Below are positions 60,935-64,000 of a DNA stretch of 64,000 bases, piece by piece. Numbering within the stretch: position 1 is the first letter of the stretch; each line of letters begins with the position of its first letter. This stretch comes from Polyangiaceae bacterium (GTDB taxonomy: Bacteria; Myxococcota_A; Polyangia; Polyangiales; Polyangiaceae). The notes beneath the pieces were generated by a model. The model was not told the DNA's origin. It ran no database searches and saw only the letters and a program-made list of their open reading frames with translations. A program made the position numbers and the translations under genes. The stretch lies in contig JBGANF010000024.1 in NCBI GenBank assembly GCA_044222475.1, positions 13,717 to 77,716 on the forward strand, given 5' to 3'.

Positions 60935-62187
60935 TCGAGGAGCGGATCGTGCGGGCGCAGCGCGACGTGACCGTCGGCGCGAGCGAGACGTCGACGTTTC
61001 TCGTGCCGGGTGCGCGCCGTGAGCACGCGTTGTTCGGCGTTCGCGACGGGGCCTACGAGCTCCGGATCACCCGCGAGATGTCGGGACGCGTGGCGTTGGC
61101 GAGCGGGATCCACGACCTCGAGGCGCTCCGCCGCGCGATGCCCCCGAAGGGCGACGTGTGGATCGTGCCGCTCTCGTTCGACGCGCGCGGCAAGATCGTC
61201 ATCGGCGAGACGTCGCTCCTCTTTCAGTTCGTCGTACCGCCGCCGCCCGCGACCAAGCCGCAGCTGCCCGTCGCCGTCCGCGGTGGGCTCTCGAGTCAGA
61301 TCGACTGGACGCTCACCGTCATCGCGGCGTTCAGCTTCATGTTCCACTTCGGGTTCATCGGCGCCATGTACTCCGACTGGCTCGACGAGCCCGTGCCGGA
61401 CGTCGGCGTCGCCGGTCTCGTCGATCTGACGAAGAACCTTCCGCCCGCGCCGCCTCCGGTCGACGTGGTCGACACGGCGCCGACGTCGACGACGCCGGCC
61501 CCCGTCGCGTCGACGCCCAAGGACCCGACCGCGAGCCACTCGTCCCAAACTGGTACGAAGGCGAACAGCGAAGCGCGGGCCGCGTCGCTCGCCGCCGAGG
61601 GGCGCGCGATGGGCATCGAGCTCATCGGCGCGTTCGGCGCCCACAGCGTGCTCGACGGCGTCATCGATCGGAGCAACCTGCCGGTCACCGACCTGACCGG
61701 CGTGGCGACCTCGTCCGACGGCGCGAAGCCGGCATCCGGCGAGCTCACGCTCGCGCAGGGAGGCCCCGTCGGTCCGGGTCACCGCTCGCTGCAAGACCTC
61801 GGCACGAACACGATCGGCCCGCAGACCGTGACGACCGCTCGCGTCGTCGACGGCCCGAAGGGTGACGTCCTGCCCGGCACCTTCGAGATGAGCGCCCCGG
61901 TCGCCAACGCCGAGCGCACGATCGCCAAGCTCCGGCCCGGGTTCCGCTCCTGTTACCAGCAGAAGGGGCTCAGCATGGACTCGACCATGGCTGGCAAGCT
62001 GGTCATGCGCATCGACATCGCCCCCAACGGGGACGTCCGTAGCGTCACCAAGACGGGCGGCAGCGGCCTCTCGCCGGCGGTCGAGCAGTGCATCCTCGAC
62101 AAGGTCCAGAACGCATCGTTCGACGCTCCTGGGGGCGGAGGATCGAAGCTCGATGTGCCGGTCACGTTCGTCAACGGCTCGAAGTGA
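60808..62187 (+). CDS. gltG: GltG/PglI-like protein (FHA-like N-term, TM, Pro-rich linker, AgmX/PglI TonB-C-like domain), paralogue 1
   Basis: LRVGVV..GRVVEE, RGKIVIGE...LFQFV.PPP, TM, FRSCYQ..L......GKL...I.I.PNG.V, VEQCI, VPVTF. Confidence 0.75.
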   Translation: MIPARHVEPTGRMTQVMRAVAHPDATNAQKILRVGVVRAGRVVEERIVRAQRDVTVGASETSTFLVPGARREHALFGVRDGAYELRITREMSGRVALASGIHDLEALRRAMPPKGDVWIVPLSFDARGKIVIGETSLLFQFVVPPPPATKPQLPVAVRGGLSSQIDWTLTVIAAFSFMFHFGFIGAMYSDWLDEPVPDVGVAGLVDLTKNLPPAPPPVDVVDTAPTSTTPAPVASTPKDPTASHSSQTGTKANSEARAASLAAEGRAMGIELIGAFGAHSVLDGVIDRSNLPVTDLTGVATSSDGAKPASGELTLAQGGPVGPGHRSLQDLGTNTIGPQTVTTARVVDGPKGDVLPGTFEMSAPVANAERTIAKLRPGFRSCYQQKGLSMDSTMAGKLVMRIDIAPNGDVRSVTKTGGSGLSPAVEQCILDKVQNASFDAPGGGGSKLDVPVTFVNGSK

Positions 62188-62242
62188 GGGGCGGGGACGG
62201 GGGCGGGGATGGAGACGGGTAGGAGAAGGTGAGATACCTTCG

Positions 62243-62268
62243 AAGGCCCCGGATGTCCGGGGCCTTTT
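62243..62268 (+). terminator. Rho-independent terminator
   Basis: AAGGCCCCGGA-TG-TCCGGGGCCTT followed by TT, after the gltG-like stop. Confidence 0.75.
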
Positions 62269-62390
62269 CCGCGTTCGAGGGAATGGTGTACGCTCGTGCA
62301 GCTGCCTGGGAACTTTTCGTTCTCCAGGGCCACAGTAGCTTCAGTCGCCGCGCTCGTACGTCTTAGGACCAGAGAAAGGTCATTGCCCTC

Positions 62391-63794
62391 ATGAACGCGA
62401 ACATGGGACCCGGAGCCGGGCCCGGAGCAGGTCGCCCTGGACAGATGACTGCGGTCATGCGCGCCGTCGCGCAGGCTGCAGGTCCGAAGGTTCTTCGCAT
62501 CGGTCTCGTCCAATCCGGGCGCGTGATCGAAGAGCGCGTCATCAAGCAGCGCACGCACGTGACGATCGGTCCGAGCGAGAAGTCGATGTTCGTCGTTCCG
62601 ACGCCGAACATCCCGCCGCAGTTCAAGCTCTTCGAGCTGATCGGCAGCGACTACTACCTGAACTTCCTCGACGGCATGAGCGGCCGCGTCGCCCTCGCGA
62701 CCGGCATCAGCGATCTCGGTGCGCTGCGTGGGCAAGCGAAGCGCGTCGGTCAAGCGTACCAAGTTCGTCTCACCGAAGACGCGCGCGGCAAGGTCGTCAT
62801 CGGCGAGACGACGTTCCTCTTCCAGTTCGTCGCGCCGCCTCCGCCGCAGCCGCGGCCGCAGCTCCCGCTGTCGGTCAAGGGCGGCGTCGCCAGCCAGATC
62901 GACTGGACGCTCACGATCATCGCGGCGTTCAGCTTCATGTTCCACTTCGGGTTCATCGGCGCGATGTACTCCGACTGGCTCGATCCGCCGGTCCGCGACG
63001 ACGGCGTCGCGGGGCTGCTCGATCTCACCAAGAATCTTCCTGCGCCTCCTCCTCCGCCGGAGGACAAGCCCGACACGACCGCGGCGACGTCGACTGCGAC
63101 GGCGACCGCGACGGCCGGCCCCAAGTCGACCGCACCGTCGAACAACTCCGGCCCCAAGGGCGCGATCAGCGACTCGAAGGCTGCATCGCTCACTCAAGAA
63201 GCGCAGTCGATGCAGATGCAGATGCTCGCGGCGTTCGGTGGGACGAGCGCGGTCGCCGGTGCGCTCAACCGCAGCGACGTCCCCGTCACCGACCTCAGCA
63301 ACGCGGCGCAGTCCGGCGCCGGCGTCACCAGCGCTGGCGGTGATCTCAAGCTCGCTGGCACTGGCGGCGCTCTCGCGCAGCCGGGTCGCGGCGGCGGTGG
63401 TCTCCAGAACCTCGGCGTCTCGGGCGGCGGCGGCGGTGGCCAGGCAGGGCCCGGTCGCGACGTGAAGGGTCCCACCGGCGACGCGCAGACGGGCGCGCTC
63501 AACATGTCGGCGCCGGTCGCCAACGCCGAGCGAACGATCGCGCAGCTCCGGCCGAGCTTCAAGTCTTGCTACCAGAAGGGGCTCGCGAACGATCCGAGCA
63601 TGGCGGGCAAGCTCATCATCCAGATCGACGTCGCGCCCAACGGCGACGTCGCGAACGTGACGAAGACTGGCGGCTCGGGCCTCTCGCCCGAGGTCGAGCA
63701 GTGCATCATGAACAAGGTGCGCGCGAAGTCGTTCGACGCGCCCGGCGGCGGCGGCTCGAAGCTGAGCGTGCCCGTCACGTTCGTGAAGCAGTAG
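62391..63794 (+). CDS. gltG: GltG/PglI-like protein, paralogue 2
   Basis: Same architecture as 60808-62187; shares SQIDWTLT.IAAFSFMFHFGFIGAMYSDWLD and the C-terminal domain. Confidence 0.78.
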   Translation: MNANMGPGAGPGAGRPGQMTAVMRAVAQAAGPKVLRIGLVQSGRVIEERVIKQRTHVTIGPSEKSMFVVPTPNIPPQFKLFELIGSDYYLNFLDGMSGRVALATGISDLGALRGQAKRVGQAYQVRLTEDARGKVVIGETTFLFQFVAPPPPQPRPQLPLSVKGGVASQIDWTLTIIAAFSFMFHFGFIGAMYSDWLDPPVRDDGVAGLLDLTKNLPAPPPPPEDKPDTTAATSTATATATAGPKSTAPSNNSGPKGAISDSKAASLTQEAQSMQMQMLAAFGGTSAVAGALNRSDVPVTDLSNAAQSGAGVTSAGGDLKLAGTGGALAQPGRGGGGLQNLGVSGGGGGGQAGPGRDVKGPTGDAQTGALNMSAPVANAERTIAQLRPSFKSCYQKGLANDPSMAGKLIIQIDVAPNGDVANVTKTGGSGLSPEVEQCIMNKVRAKSFDAPGGGGSKLSVPVTFVKQ

Positions 63795-63827
63795 TCGACG
63801 GAGCCGTCCGCGCCATCGAGGCGCACC

Positions 63828-63861
63828 GACCGCGCGGGTACCCCCCGCGCGGTCTGGGTTT
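63828..63861 (+). terminator. Stem-loop, possible terminator
   Basis: GACCGCGCGGG / CCCGCGCGGTC hairpin with a weak T tract. Confidence 0.5.
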
Positions 63862-64000
63862 GTGTGGAGGGGATGAATGAAGATGAATGTAGTTGGGGCG
63901 CCTTGCATCGAACGTATTAAGGCAGCCCAACATCTAGGCGCGAACTAGGCCAATCGTGCGATTTCTCAGGGATTTACGACCCGCCATCGCTCGTTGACAC

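Overview
GC-rich chromosomal window whose gene content (TIGR02266-type PilZ, AgmX/PglI-type proteins, Cys-rich repeat lipoprotein) points to a myxobacterium, probably Polyangiaceae-like (inference). Most of it is core genome: frr, pepP, xerC, hisZ-purA, prs-rplY-pth, rpsF-rpsR-rplI-dnaB and era-der. Interspersed are lipoproteins, an M1 peptidase, a GH63 glucosidase, rRNA-modifying enzymes and two ECF sigma factors. The right 14 kb hold an Agl-Glt/Nfs-like envelope-motor operon: TPR proteins, a GltF-like protein and two tandem GltG-like paralogues, divergent from an ECF/anti-sigma pair. Main oddities: (1) a 483-bp, ~95%-identical, almost purely synonymously diverged second copy of a gene sits between two exact 142-bp direct repeats (strain-mix assembly artefact or a real recombination event); (2) a single-base frameshift in the gltE-like gene; (3) an RlmD-RluA fusion; (4) a non-RD kinase next to a double Tim44/Zn-ribbon/TerB-like protein; (5) a degenerate SDR; (6) an inverted-repeat element and an S6:S18-type leader upstream of rpsF. 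I saw no tRNA, rRNA, CRISPR array or transposase. All family calls come from motif recognition by eye, not database searches.
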